A stretch of DNA of 64,000 nucleotides from assembly GCA_040954595.2 (NCBI GenBank), contig CM082592.2, positions 4,232,735 through 4,296,734 on the forward strand, given 5' to 3'. Positions 37,555 to 51,600 of the stretch are shown piece by piece (within the stretch, counting starts at the first letter, position 1; every line of letters begins with the position of its first letter). This DNA is from Balanoglossus misakiensis (taxonomy: Eukaryota > Animalia > Hemichordata). Both the position numbers and the translations under genes were made by a program. The notes below the pieces were generated by a model. That model was given only the letters and a program-made list of their open reading frames with translations. It searched no databases and was not told the origin of the DNA.

Positions 37555-40500
37555 CTGCGGAGTGATAGACAAAAGAGTTGCGGATCAGAGATAGGTGTTG
37601 AAAAAAAAATCACGTGGTTTACTATAAAAGTATGACTGGTGCATAAACATGAAAAAAGGGTTACATGTATCTGCAATTCAGCAGAAAGTGTGTCAATAAG
37701 AAATGGTGCCACTGTATGCCCAATATCTGTGTGGAGATGTTTGAGAACGAAACTCAACATGTACTTGCTTTACCATGTAAATACATGCAGTGAATATTCC
37801 ACCTTATTTAAAGCTCTTCCTACAATCCATACTATAAAGCGACCATTTATCCCAACAAATCTTTAGTGATGCAGGAACATTTACGACAATAACACGGTAC
37901 TACTGGGTCACTGGGTTTAATCACAGCGCCACCAGTGGTCAAAGTAGCGTGTCACTTTTGTTTAAGCAATAAAACACCCCCAGCCATGGTATATCACGAG
38001 ATTTTGACCAGTTCACGACATATACGCACGAGCGATAGCGAGTGCGTATATGGAGTTGAACTGGTCAAAATCGAGTGGTATACCATGGCTGGGGGTGTTT
38101 TATTGCTATAATATTATGCCAGTATATTGAAACTTTGCATAAAACATTTTAAAAAGGCATTTTCTTTAACTATGATATATGACTGTGGTATATGGCTAAT
38201 ATATCACGGTCACGTGTCGTGTCTCGACCAATCAAATAGTGTGATTTACACCATCAATATACTGGTATAATATAATTATTGATAATGTTCCATTTGGAGT
38301 TTTGATATTAACATTTATTATAATACGCTGTATATTAAAGAACACAAAGTTCAAAATAATATACAAAGTTCACATTCTTTAAGAGATTGCCCCTTTGCAG
38401 TCACCAGCAGTTGATGGCCATATATGGTGCTAAATTTAACAGTTTCGGTTTAATTTAACTTGCTAAAGACTGAAGGTAGGAATTATTTATCAGTAACTGA
38501 TGAACATACTATAATAGAAGGATTCTGAATACATTGTATATGCCCTTTAGGGTTAGAAACTTTTAAAAGTTGGAAAAGTTGACTTTTTGCAAAGTTCAAT
38601 TGGGAAAGATATATAAAAGACAAAAATTGTACAACAGCCTCTCAAAAATCTCCCCACAAAATAATGGACTCTCAGATATTCAAATAACCTGATATATCAA
38701 AACAACTGCTCCAGTTTCTTAAACATTCACCAAGAAACAACTGCTGCAAAGAAAGTGTAGAAGACTTGCAAGAGTGCAGAAAGGAGAACGAAATATCTAC
38801 ATCTGTCATGTTTAAAGACAAACAAGGAACAAAGCAAGCAAGGTAGAGTTGTACATTCATTTAATTGTGATCTTAAATATCACAATCACTTTCTTTTAGA
38901 CTGTGATAGTATATTAAGATTGCTGCTGAAAAAAATATTTTCCTACATGGATTGTGAGCAGGATTTTATAATGCTTTTGCAGTAGTCACTGATTTTGAAT
39001 TAAGTATTTTATTTATTCATTAAACATTACATTTATACCATGTATCAGAATGTTGGGCCATTATTCCATGGTTTCTGAAAAGTGAAAGTAATTTTGATGG
39101 ATTCAATATTCTTCTACAGGACTGACAGCTGTGGTCAATATAGCATTCTTAGAATACATTTCACACGACCAGTTTTATGAGTGCTGACCATAAAACACAT
39201 CATGAGACCACCAATTGTATTCGTTGAACTAAAAGAAACTTTGTAATTTTTCTCTTGCCCGAATTAATCCTAAACTTTGGTCAACAAGATTTTTCATTGA
39301 ATTTCCAGCATGAATTATTGGCTGATTATCAGTATGCTACTTGGATTTGTCCAAACAAACACTGCACAAGTGACTGATGGCGACCAATGTCTGAGTATTT
39401 GCCCAGACTCATGGCCTGATATGAGAACTGGTCAAACCGGAATGCCAGGCCAACCAGGTCCAATTGGAAGACAAGGTAATACTGCCCTCTATTGGGGAAT
39501 ATTGGTTTCTTTGTCAATTTTATGTATTTTTTATTTTATTTTATCCATTATCATTTGAGTGGCACTGACCGACTGGTGTAATTTTCTACTTTTTTGTAGG
39601 TCAGCCTGGAGTGATAGGTCCTGCAGGGAGTCCAGGGGTCAAAGGTGAACCAGGGGAGAAGGGAAATATGGCCGCCAAAGGAGAAACAGGTAGTTGTCAG
39701 CAGTGATAAATAATTGCTGTAAGAAATTACTTAAACTGATTTTAATATTTTGGAGGATTTTTTTGAAATCCCATTATATATGTGCATGCTCTGTATAATC
39801 TGAGCTGCAATTGCTTTGTCTTTCACACTTAAAGGTGAACCTGGTGTCAAAGGTCAAACTGGTTTTCCTGGAAAGATTGGTCCACAGGGTCCAAAAGGTG
39901 AGAGTGGCCAGAATGGAACTGATGGTGTCAAGGGTGAAACTGGAGATGCTGGGGTCAAAGGTCAGAAGGGTGAAGTGAGTGAAGTACAACAAGTCAAGGT
40001 GGCATTCTCTGTTTCAAGGAGATCTAATGTCATCGGAACCAGATCAGATCAAACTATCACCTATACTGATGTGATAGTACAAGAGGGTGCCGATATTGAT
40101 ATCAACACTGGTGTGTTCACTTGTCAAGTTCCTGGCATTTATTATTTCTCTTTCTCATTCAGTTCACATAGTGGTAAAACCCTGTACATACGACTCAAAC
40201 AGAATGATGAATACAAGTTTGCAATTTATCGGACACTTGAATCAGGACATGATGCTCACTCACAGAGTGGTATGTTACACCTGAACCAAGGTGATCAAGT
40301 CAAATTAGTGATGGCCAGTGGTGACAGTTACCGTAGTCGTAATTGTGGTACAGACCATTGCAACACATTCAATGGGTACCTAATCTACCCTGACTAAACA
40401 ATCACAATAAAGTAACAGTCAGTACCCAATTCAGTCATTGCAACCATCCACTTTGTGGAAGCTTCAGGTCTGACTGGCAAATGACATGTTTCACTTCATT

Positions 40501-43500
40501 GCAACATCCTTCACAACAATACTCTTTAATTGGAGAAATGATTGAATTAAAAATAAATGAATTACATGATTCATTGGGCTACAAAATATCCTTTTATAGA
40601 CATTTTCAAAATAAAATACATTCATTTGCCTGCTGTTAATTAAACTTAGCTTTTTTCATTATGAATATTTTATTTTAGGAACATGAATATTTTTCAGAGA
40701 ATTGATATAAACCAGTAATTTTTATAGCTGGAACTATTTGTGTCGAGAACTTTCAAAAATTTTGTATTCACTTGATATTGAAACACTAATTGTAACAGAT
40801 TGGAAATAAAGCTTTAGCTAAAGAATTTTGTGGTTTGGAATATTTCGCATCTCAAGAAATAGAACACCTATTTTTTATGGTTTCCACGAATACATCCTGC
40901 TCTAAATATTTACGTAGAGCTGTATTTAGCTTTTTTTATGGCAATAGAGCCTTTTCCTTATGTGCTTTACCATCTCAGATAAGGCTAGCTAATTTTTATA
41001 GAAATTTCAGAAGTCAGTTAAAAGATTATGTTTTTAGATCATTTTAATTCTAGACATTTTTAAAAATTATTTTGTCTCTGTGAGTTTTTAGGTGTTTATT
41101 GAAATTTTTAACTCATTTTTACCTTTTCCATTTTTAGTGTTGTGTAAAGTGCATTGAGATTTTTTTAAATGCAATGCCTCTATAAGAAATAAATATTATT
41201 ATTATTATTTAGTAAAACAATCACAAGAAAGTTTCAGTTGGTACCCAGTTCAGTCACAGCAACCATAGACCCTGGAGAAAGATGACAAACGACTGCGGCA
41301 AAGATCAAAGGCAATCGACTACTTCCCGTGCATAAACTCTGCTGAGATTCTGCTAGATAATTCCTTTGTTTTCACGCATTATGTCCATACGCTCACCTTT
41401 CAATCAACTATTAATTTGTAAAAAATGCACGCAACATCCTTATAACTAAAGAGTTGTAAAAAAATTGAGTTTAAAAAAAATTGAGTTTGGTTGAAACATT
41501 ATATTTATAATACACTGTACATTACAGAACACAAAGTTCAAAATAATATACAAAGTTCACATTCTTTCAAAGATTGCCCCCTTTGCAGTCACCAGCAGTT
41601 GTTGGCCATATATGGTGCTAAATGTAACAGTTTCGGTTTAATTTAACTCGCTAAAGATTGAAGGTAGGAATTATTTATCAGAAACTGATGAACATACTAT
41701 GATAGAAGGATTCTGAATATATTGTATATGCCCTTAGGATTAGAAACTTTCAAAAGTTTGAAAAGTTGACTATTTTGCAAAGTTCAATTGTGTAAGATAT
41801 AAAAAAGATAAAAACTGTATAACACCCTCTCAAAAATCTCCCAACAAAATAATGGACTCTCAGATATTCAAATAACCTGATATATCAAAACAACTGCTCC
41901 AGTTTCTTGAATTTCACCAAGAAACAACTACTGCAAACGAAGTGTAGAAGACTTGCCAGAGTGCAGAAAGGAGTCTGAAATATCTACATCTGTCAGGTTT
42001 GAAGACAAACAAGGAACGAAGCAAGCAAGGTAGAGTTATAAAATGTCTTTAATTGTGATCTTAAATATAACAGAAATAGCAGTCTGACATTATTCCCTTC
42101 AATGGCATTAAGCTTGCTGCTGAAACCTTCATTTACCCACATCGGAGTCTAAGCAGCATTTTATCATACTTTGGCAGTAGTCACTGAAAAGTTAAAGTAA
42201 ACTTGACGAATTCAATGTTCTTCTTAGTAGAGGGATGAGAAGACTGTGGTATGGTCAATATAGAATTTGTAGCATACATTTCACACGACCAGTTTTGTAA
42301 GTGCTGACCATAAAACACATCATGAGACCACTGTATTCGTCAAACTAAAAGAAACTTTGTAATTTTTCTCATGCCCGAATTAATCCTAAACTCTGGTCCA
42401 ACAAGATTTTTCATTGAATTTCCAGCATGAATTATTGGGTGATTATCAGTATGCTGCTTGGATTTGTCCAAACAAACACTGCACAAGTGACTGATGGCGA
42501 CCAATGTCTGAGTATTTGCCCAGACTCATGGCCTGATATGAGAACTGGTCAAACGGGAATGCCAGGCCAACCAGGTCCAATTGGAAGACAAGGTAATACT
42601 GCCCTCTATTGGGGAATATTGGTTTCTTTGTCAATTTTATGTGTATTTTTTAGGGCCCAAGCGCATACCAGCGCTTGGGCCCTATTGGTTTCGTTGGGGT
42701 TTTTCTGTCTTTCCTTCTTTCTTCTTTAGGGCCCAAGCGCAAGCAAGCGCTTGGGCCCTATTGGTTTCGTTGGGGTTTTTATGGGCCCAAGCCAAGCCAG
42801 GCTTAGTTGCTTGAGGATTTCTTCACATCTCTTTTGTCAGAGTGGTACAGCAATGAATGAATGCTTAAAAAGCAATAATGCATGGTTAGGTACTAACAAA
42901 GAAATTACCTGACAAGAATTTGCTTTATGATTTCTCAAATTCGTTCTCTTCCTGGAAATACTTGTTTCTTGGCAATAAAAGTATATCTAAAAAGCATTTG
43001 ACTTGTCCTGCTGTCTAAAATCTACTGTTTGAGATAAAAAAAACAACGATGCCTGGAAGTGAAATTCAAACAACACACTTTGTTCGTTATATCTTATGGG
43101 GCATTTTACATGTTTGTTTTCTATTCGAAAAACTCGCAATCATGCGTGTGAATACGCATTCCATGACTATATAAACGAGTTCCACTGTAGTTACCGGTAC
43201 ATTTAGCATTAAATAAGTTGTGATGGGTGTGGAACGAAATGGGCAAAAGTATCTATAGTGGGCGATTGCGTCATTGTTCTCGCGTGATTCGCGCAAGTTG
43301 CATAAATTTTGAATATTTTACATCGATATTTTTACTTCAGGGTTTACGAAGCTCTAAAAAGTTTAGGGTCGGCGGGTTAAAATTAGGGTAGTTCGGGTAA
43401 TCGGAACACCACATATTTGTTATTTTGACCTTATTTGATTTTCTCAACCGATTAATCGATGGTCACGATGAAACATTCTAAGTACACGTATTGATTGTCT

Positions 43501-46500
43501 GAGGACAGTGCATTGATTGAAAATGATGACGTTGGTTGTTTAACTTTCGCTGGCTTTAATTGTGGCATCGCATGGTGTACGTCATCCGCATCAAACTTAT
43601 GACGGCGTGATACACATTGTGGAACCAGTACAAGTAGAAATGGCTGCACGTACCCCGATGACACATACGCTCACCGGAATTTGCCCATCTGGCGTTCGAT
43701 GGCATCAACGACTATGATCTGTAAATGGCGACCCCTGGAGTCACAGCAGAGGTGCAAGTTGCAACGTCAATTTGGGGAATGGGCGGTGAAGGCGGTTAAA
43801 GTCTCCATCTTACACCTGTTATTTCAATGATCTATCCCCGGCCATTGTAGCAGGCTGACTTGGCCGTGAAAAAGAGAACGGAGGGTGAAGGGTGAATAGA
43901 TGGCTGACGGATGGATGGACGGATGGACGAATGAATGAGTAGGCGGTTGGTTTAGTCGGTTGGTTGACGGAGGGACGGATGGATTTTGGGTGGGCGCATC
44001 TATTTCGGCTACTTGGGTGGTTCAGTGGACAGTTACCCCCGGACATTTAGATACTTGTGTATCCCCGCCCGCGTCGGGGGTTATTGCTGGGAAATGTTAT
44101 CAACGCTTTCATGTCTAAGCGGCAGGGTCTATAGCCGACATTCACGGCGGAACACCACAAATGACATTCCTTGAGCGATTTCCATCAGTGCTTTTCACAA
44201 GTGTATTAAAAAAAACAATTCCCGAACGGGGATGGCGTGGTATGCTTTAGGTTGTTTCGGCCGTTTCCATGACGGTAAGTACTTTCCACCTGAAGCTTGA
44301 AATTGGAAGAATACATGTGTGCATTGTCTCTTCTGTGAGAAATGACCGTTTCGGGTGCGATTACTCAATCAGGCAGCTTTCAACCACAGGTATTGGCGTT
44401 ATTTTACAATCTCTTAGTCCCTTCGATTTAAAGCCAATGGGCTAAGCTTAAAAATACCTGTAGAAATTGTTAGTATTATATATGGCGGTGAGTGACCGGC
44501 ATACAGAAGTGAGAGTATGAAACAAAAAGACCTCTTTTCGTACGGTGGGTGGGTGATCGTGGATGCATGAATATGGATGGACTGATGGCTTTGTCGGTTG
44601 GTTGATGGGTGGTTTAGAGTGGGCGTGACTATATTTGGGATACGTGCATGTTCTTTTCATCAAAACAAAGGTATCAAGACATATTAAGTTGAAGGGTTTA
44701 TACCGTTGTGTGCGCTAGCCCTGGAGCTTGAACTTTAAACATAAAAGTAATGCATGTAGAATACGAAGATCAGTCTAACATGGTAGAAGGCTAGAGTCAC
44801 AACTATCCATAAACGTTGCAATCATCATATGAAGTAATATCTTCTTGGTCATCGACATAAGTAGACACAGAATGGCTGAGGTAATGCCGAGCTCGATGTT
44901 GGTAAGTAGGAAAAAATGTTGTGTTTGTAACATTTGGTCAATACAGCAAGAAGAGTCAGTTCCACAAGCCCATAGGAATTTAAAGTCGGCATAAAACGGC
45001 CAACATGAGAAGTCAGCAAAAAACCATCTTCGATTGCAAAACTAATTAGCTGTTCATAATACTCATGAAAGTCCTCCCAATGTTGAGCACATTGGAGTAA
45101 GTCCATGTGTAACACAAAGCGTGTAGTAAACTACGATGAAACAGCAAGCAAACCTAGTTGTATCCGATTTCGTTGTCCACGTCGCATTCGCTGTGAACAG
45201 TTCTAACGATAAAGGTAGCCAATTTTTCGGTTGAGTAAAAGTGCCATTTGCACTCCTCCAAGCTACCACCCCGACGCCCATGGTTAAGAAACGTGACTTT
45301 ACTTGTAAAGGAATATTATTCTGGTCCCAAAATCTCAAATAATTTAGTCAGTTATACAAGTACTTTCAGGAGTTCAACTTTTCCGTTCTCCGCCATTCAG
45401 AGTCATGGTCAAGTGTCCCACTCTATCGTGTGCATGTATGTATGTACGAACGTAAATGTATAGTCAGTTGGGCAGGTTGTTAACTATGAGAGCTAGCAGG
45501 GAGGTAGGGTAGGTACGGAGACACGGCGTGGAAGTGTAGGTGGGTGGGTTGGCGATTGTGTGTGAGGGAGGGTGGGAGTGAGTGAGGGAGGGAGGGACTA
45601 AGTTAAATTCCTTGCTACCGAGGTACCTATATTCAGACTGAATGACTGACTCACACATACCCTCCCACTTACTTTATTTACTCCTACAGACCAGAGAAAC
45701 ACATGAAATTCAAGGAAGGAAAAGACGTGTCGCCATTGTACTGTTAGTGATTGGTGCGTTGGCATCGCTGGCTTTGCTGAATGGTTTAATGTGTAAATGT
45801 AAGTATAAAAATTTATTGAAATAAAACGCTACAATAGTCATTTCGTCGTTGTGGAAATTCGACGCAATTGGTGGTTTATGAACAATTTCAAATGTGTACA
45901 CTAAACGAAAGAGATACAAAAATCTTTAAAATAATAAGCAGAACCACGAAAATATCATTTAGAATTAGCTGTATTGTATACATAGAATGGTCACATTCTT
46001 TGCCCAAAAAATCAAATATGCTTCTGTCAAACTCTGCTTTTTAAAGTGTATAATTGAAATCGTGTCGATTTATTTTTTCTTTCAGTTTGCAGCCAGTGTG
46101 TAGTGTCCACCATGTCTCCAGGGAACCTAGGTATTTACTTGAAAGTTATAAAATTAATCCGCACCTGGGAGATAGATTTTCAGAGAGAAAAAAGGAAATT
46201 CCTTAAAACATTTTAATTCTTTGCTATAATAATGTGTGTATGGAGTCTTTTTTGAAACCAAAGATGTAAACAGGGCGTCCACCGCGCCGTCTTGTTTTCA
46301 TAAAACTCATTGTTTGATTTTTTCCCTCCATAATGTGGTCATTTTGAATTTCAAATGTGAGGTATCGCATTCAAACGTTTGCATGGTAAATCCATTTTTA
46401 TATCCTGATTAAAACAGATGAAATTGGTTATTTACACATGATATGTAGTTTGTGATTTGAACATTCTGGGCATTCTCTTATGTAAATTGATTCCAGTTGC

Positions 46501-48609
46501 CTTTTTCCATTCCACAGCAAACTTAGAGCAACCAAGAACAACAATGGGGCCCCCAGAGGCTCTGACAGAAGCGCTGATACCAACAGAACGACCCCTACCA
46601 AGTACAGGTAAGATATGCTATTAATCGCACTTAGTCTAGCATACAGCTTATTTACTATTAAGATATGAATGTTAAATGTTGGTAGCTTCAGGTATCACGT
46701 TTATACACAGACAATGTTTCCCAAAACCTAGAAAAATCCCAAACAACAATGACGCCCACAGGGGCGTTGACAGAAGCGCCGACAACAACAGAACCAACAC
46801 CAACACCAACAGAACCATTGTTGAGTACAGGTAAGATATGCTGTTTATCGCCTGGAGATATGACACTCACTAAGTCAAAATAAAATTACTGTTAGTCAAA
46901 CTAAGCCCATGCAGAATTCTTCAAAACTTTCCATAATACAATACTACATTTTCTTTATTCGCATCTACCTAAAGTTCAAAATGTATCTTGGAAAATTTTC
47001 CAGAATTTCTCTGACAAGTTATAGAAATTCAAATTATGTAATAATATGCCAAGTGAATCGAATTGAATTAAGTATCTAGTATAATTTAAAATCTCGACAA
47101 TACAGTAGAATCTTCAACAAAGAAAACAGCCCGATGTTTTAAGTTTCAAAATGTTGCCAAATGTGTTTATGACATTACAAGTATGTACATGTATGTATGT
47201 ATGTATGTATGTATGTATGTATGTATGTATGTATGTATATATGTATGTATGTATGTGTGTATGTATGTATGTATGTATGTATGTATGTATGTATGTATGT
47301 ATGTGTGACGGAACAGTCGGTCACCATGGTGATATAACTTTTGATTGACGGGGCCGTCTGCTTCCACGTGGTAGACATGCATCTCTTTGGTATACTCAGC
47401 ATTTGTAGGTCGAGTACATTATATTCGAAATAGGTCTCGACATGCGACATTACGTCATGTTCTAGACGAAAAGGACCCACATTTCGTGTCAGCTATTATT
47501 ATTTTAATTACTACCAGAAACGGCGCGAAATATGCAAATCAAAAGTTGGTAATTAGCCTAGTTTTGAGGGTTTTCAGTCAGTGTGGACCAAGACTTTGTT
47601 AGAGTCGGACCGTGTGGTAAGCAGCCCTTTTGATGTGCGATTATTCGATGTCTTCGTAATAAAGTTGAACTGTTGTAGTTCTAAAAGTATTTCGTTTGTA
47701 TCGAGGTTGATGTTCTTGTGGACTGTGGGTCGTTAAACCCACGGATAGTACCACTCTCTCTCATAGTGCGACGCGAACCCAATTATTTGGTAACCTGAGA
47801 GAAAAACTTACCAGTTCTCCGAGTGTGAAAGGAGTGACTGTTACACTGGTGGCAGCTGAAGACGATTGTCGTGCTGAGAGAAACCTCAACCTCCTTCAGG
47901 TAATTACAGAGACGCAACTAGTTTTCGTTGTCTGGTAGGACAACGCAACGCACATTGCGGCTTACCACAGCGTGATTTATTGGAAATGGCATCGGAGATT
48001 GCGACCGGAGAGACGTTGGCCGACATCGAGCCTGCAACCGACAGTACAGACGATGTCATCTCCTTCCAACCGAGGTTACAATCGTCGCGGGAACAGCCTG
48101 CAACCCCGACCGCCTCAGACCAGAGTCCACACCAAGAAAGCGGGTACGACTCCGGCAATTTCTCCACTCCAGGGCGCCAACCGTTGGGAACCTTGAGGTG
48201 GGTTTGCGATGCGGTCAAGGGCAGCATTCGTAAAGGCCTGGGCCAGCAGGACGACGCAACAGACTTTGACAGAGATATTCAACCTCCTAAAATAGAGACC
48301 GACATCGATTGTCACGTCCCTATTGAAACAGAATCAACAGGCGCTGTTGTCAGCCGCGACACAAGGGCGCAGACGCACGAAGAAACTACGTCTCACACAG
48401 AGGAAACCGAAAAAGCTGCTCAGCCAAACTAGTTAGGGCCCAAGCGCACGCAAGCGCTTGGGCCCTATTGGTTTCGTTGGAATTTTTCTTTCTTTCTGTC
48501 TTTAGGGCCCAAGCGCTTGCTTGCGCTTGGGCCCTATTGGTTTCGTTGGGTTTTTTTAGGGCCCAAGCGCATACCAGCGCTTGGGCCCTATTGGTTTCGT
48601 TGGGGTTTT

Positions 48610-48641
<32 letters not shown>

Positions 48642-51600
48642 TATTCTTGTGTCAATTCTTCGGCCAACTAAATCTCAGAAACTACTGCAGGTACACTGCT
48701 CAAACTTGCTACAGTGGTCAAGGTCAATGAGTAGATGTGCAGTGACTTGTGAATACTTAATTAGTCACGTGGCCTGGCGGCCATATTGGATTTTCTGAAA
48801 AAATGCAAATCTCAGATCTCAGAAACTACAAGTCAGATAGACTTCAAATTTGGCATGCAGGTAGACTACCTTCTAGCCATCATTTTTGTAATTGGAAATT
48901 TTGCTGTCAATGTTGCAGTTTTTTTGCTACAATTTTTTTTCTGAAATCTGGCTTAAATTTCAAAAATCTACTTCTCCAGAACCGGTCACAACCGAGACAC
49001 GCGGTTTAGGGTATGTGGTCACCTAACTGATGTCTATCAAGATTGCGAAGATCATTGTGATCGGTCGAAGATTATGGCGGCCATATTGGATTTTCGAAAA
49101 ACCATAGTTAAACTCCAAAAATCTTCTTCTCCAGAACGGGCGATGACTGAGTCGCAAGATTCGGGGAGTATGGTCACTACACTGATGTCTATCAAGTTTG
49201 CAAAGAGCATTGTGATTGGTCGAAGATTATGGCGGCCATATTGGATTTTGTAAAAAGCAGTGAAAAATTGAAATTCCTTTTTCTAGTCTAAAAATTGATA
49301 GCATACAAATTCTTTTTATGGATATCAATCGTCATGAGACTAAAATATGTTACAATTTTTTGGCGATTTTTCACATGACCTTTGACCTACTTATCACACG
49401 TTATTATTTCTGCATATCTAATTCCAGGCTAACCTATAAGGCTAGACGTTTGGTTTTTGATGAATGTGGATTAGTGTGTGATCAAAATATTTTGCTACTT
49501 TTCATGACCCCTTTGACCTCTGCTGACCTCATTAATTATGTGCATAGCTAATTACAGGCGAACCAATAGAGCTAGAGGTTTGGTTTTTGTTGGACATGGA
49601 CCAGTATGGGATCAAATTTTTTTGCCCAAATGTTGGGTGACCTCTGGTGACCTTTGACCTACTTTCGCATATCTCAGCATCCAGAGCAGATACAACCATG
49701 GCATTTGGTAGGATGGGACCAAAATGTAAAGCCACATTTTTGGGTCACCTGTGACACCTGCTGACCTCATTAAATATGCACATACCTAATTACAGGCGAA
49801 CCAATAGAGCTAGAGTTTTGGTTTTTGTTGGACATGGACCAGTATGGGTCAAAAAAATTGCCCAAATGTTGGGTGACCTCAGGTGACCTTTGACCTACTT
49901 CACCCTATTTCAGCAGCAAAAATACACACATCCTTGTTATGTCATGAGATAATACATCCGATAGAAAATTCTGTTTCTTCTCATTCATACTGTGCATATA
50001 TAATTCAAGATCAGCGCTTGGGCCCGACAATGCTGCTCGCAGCTTTAATTCTTTCTTCATTCTTGGTTCACTTCTTTGTCGCTCTAGATCTCATACACCA
50101 CTGCAGGTACAGTTCTCAAACTTGCTACAGTGGTCAAGGTCAATGAGTAGATGTGCAGTGACTTGTGAATACTTAATTAGTCACGTGACATGGCGGCCAT
50201 ATTGGATTTTCTGAAAAAATGCAAATCTCAGATCTCAGAAACTACAAGTCAGATAGACTTCAGATTTGGCGTGCTGGTAGTATACCCTCTGCCCATCATT
50301 TTTGTAATTGAACAGAAATTCTTTTTATGGATATGAATCATCATATGACAAGAATAGGCTATAAATATTTTGGTAAATTTGGCAATGACCTTTGACCTAC
50401 TTTTGACGCATCATTTTTCTGCATATCTAATTCCAGGCTAACCAATAGGGCTATAAGTTTGGTTTTTGATGTATGTGGTTTTGTATGTGATCAAAATTTT
50501 TTGCTACTTTTCATGACCCCTTTGACCTCTGCTGACCTCATTAAATATGCACATACCTAATTAATGATGAACAAATAGACCTAGAGGTTTTGTTTTTGTT
50601 ATACATGGACCAGTATGGGGTCAAAATATTTTGCCCAAATATTGGGTGACCTCGGGTGACCTTTGACCTACTTTTGCATATCTCGACATCCACAGCAGAT
50701 ACAGCCTTGGCGTTTGGAGGTATGGGGCCATAATGAAAAGCCAAAGTTTTGGGTCACCTGTGACACCTGCTTAACTCATTATTTATGTGCATACCTAATT
50801 CCGGGCTAACCAAAAGGGCTAGAGGTCTGGTTTTTGTTGGACATGGACCACTATGAGTCAAAATTTTCTGCCCAAATTGTGGGTGACCTCTGGGTGACCT
50901 TTGACCTACTTAACACTATGTCAACACCAAACATAGATATAACCTTGATATTTCATGGGATAAAACACAGCATTATGTTTCGACTCATTAATTATGTGCA
51001 TATCTAATAATCAGATCAGATAATAGAGCTTGGGCCCGGACAATGCTGCTTGCAGCTTTAATTATTTTATTTTATCCATTATCATTTGAGTGGCACTGAC
51101 CGACTAGTGGAATTTTCTACTTTTTTGTAGGTCAGCCTGGTGTGATAGGTCCTGCAGGGAGTCCAGGGGTCAAAGGTGAACCAGGGGAGAAGGGAGAGAA
51201 GGGAAATATGGCCGCCAAAGGAGAAACAGGTAGTTGTCAGCAGTGATAAATAGTTGCTGTAAGAAATTACATCAACTGATTTTAATATTTTGGAGGATTT
51301 TTTTTGAAATCCCAACATATATGTGAATGCTCTGTATAATCTGAGCTGCAATTGCTTTGTCTTTCACACTTGAAGGTGAACCTGGTGTCAAAGGTCAAAC
51401 TGGTTTTCCTGGAATGATTGGTCCACAGGGTCCAAAAGGTGAGAGTGGCCAGAATGGAACTGATGGTGTCAAGGGTGAAACTGGAGATGCTGGGGTCAAA
51501 GGTGAGAAAGGTGAAGTGGGTGAAGTACAACAAACCAAGGTGGCATTCTCTGTTGGAAGGAGGTGGTATGATGTCATCGGGACCAATTCAGAGCAAACTA

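Larger units (their letters stand above)
42651..51063 (+). mobile_element. Composite Helentron/HINE-like (rolling-circle, non-autonomous) insertion, 8.4 kb
   Basis: Absent from intron 1 of copies 1 and 3; inserted in a T-run with no TSD. 5' hairpin ends tagggcccaagcgc-N5/6-gcgcttgggcccta at 42651, 42727, 48434, 48503, 48557 (partial at 42783). 3' ends gcttgggccc-N-gctgct(c/t)gcagc-tttaatt at ~50014-50050 and 51028-51063. Also a (TTTC)n tract and internal tandem repeats. Confidence 0.85.

Noticed and set aside
42651-42800. Palindromic direct repeats with short spacers resembling a CRISPR array (also 48434-48610)
   Set aside because: Eukaryotic context, T-rich low-complexity spacers and no cas genes; better explained as stacked HINE 5' termini.
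44849-45338. Minus-strand ORFs faintly like a DIRS-type RNase H (WLPLSLELFTANA)
   Set aside because: The catalytic TDAS motif is absent and the similarity is too weak to call without an HMM search.
47151-47480. ORFs with MYVC / HTYI repeats
   Set aside because: Translation of the (TATG)n microsatellite.
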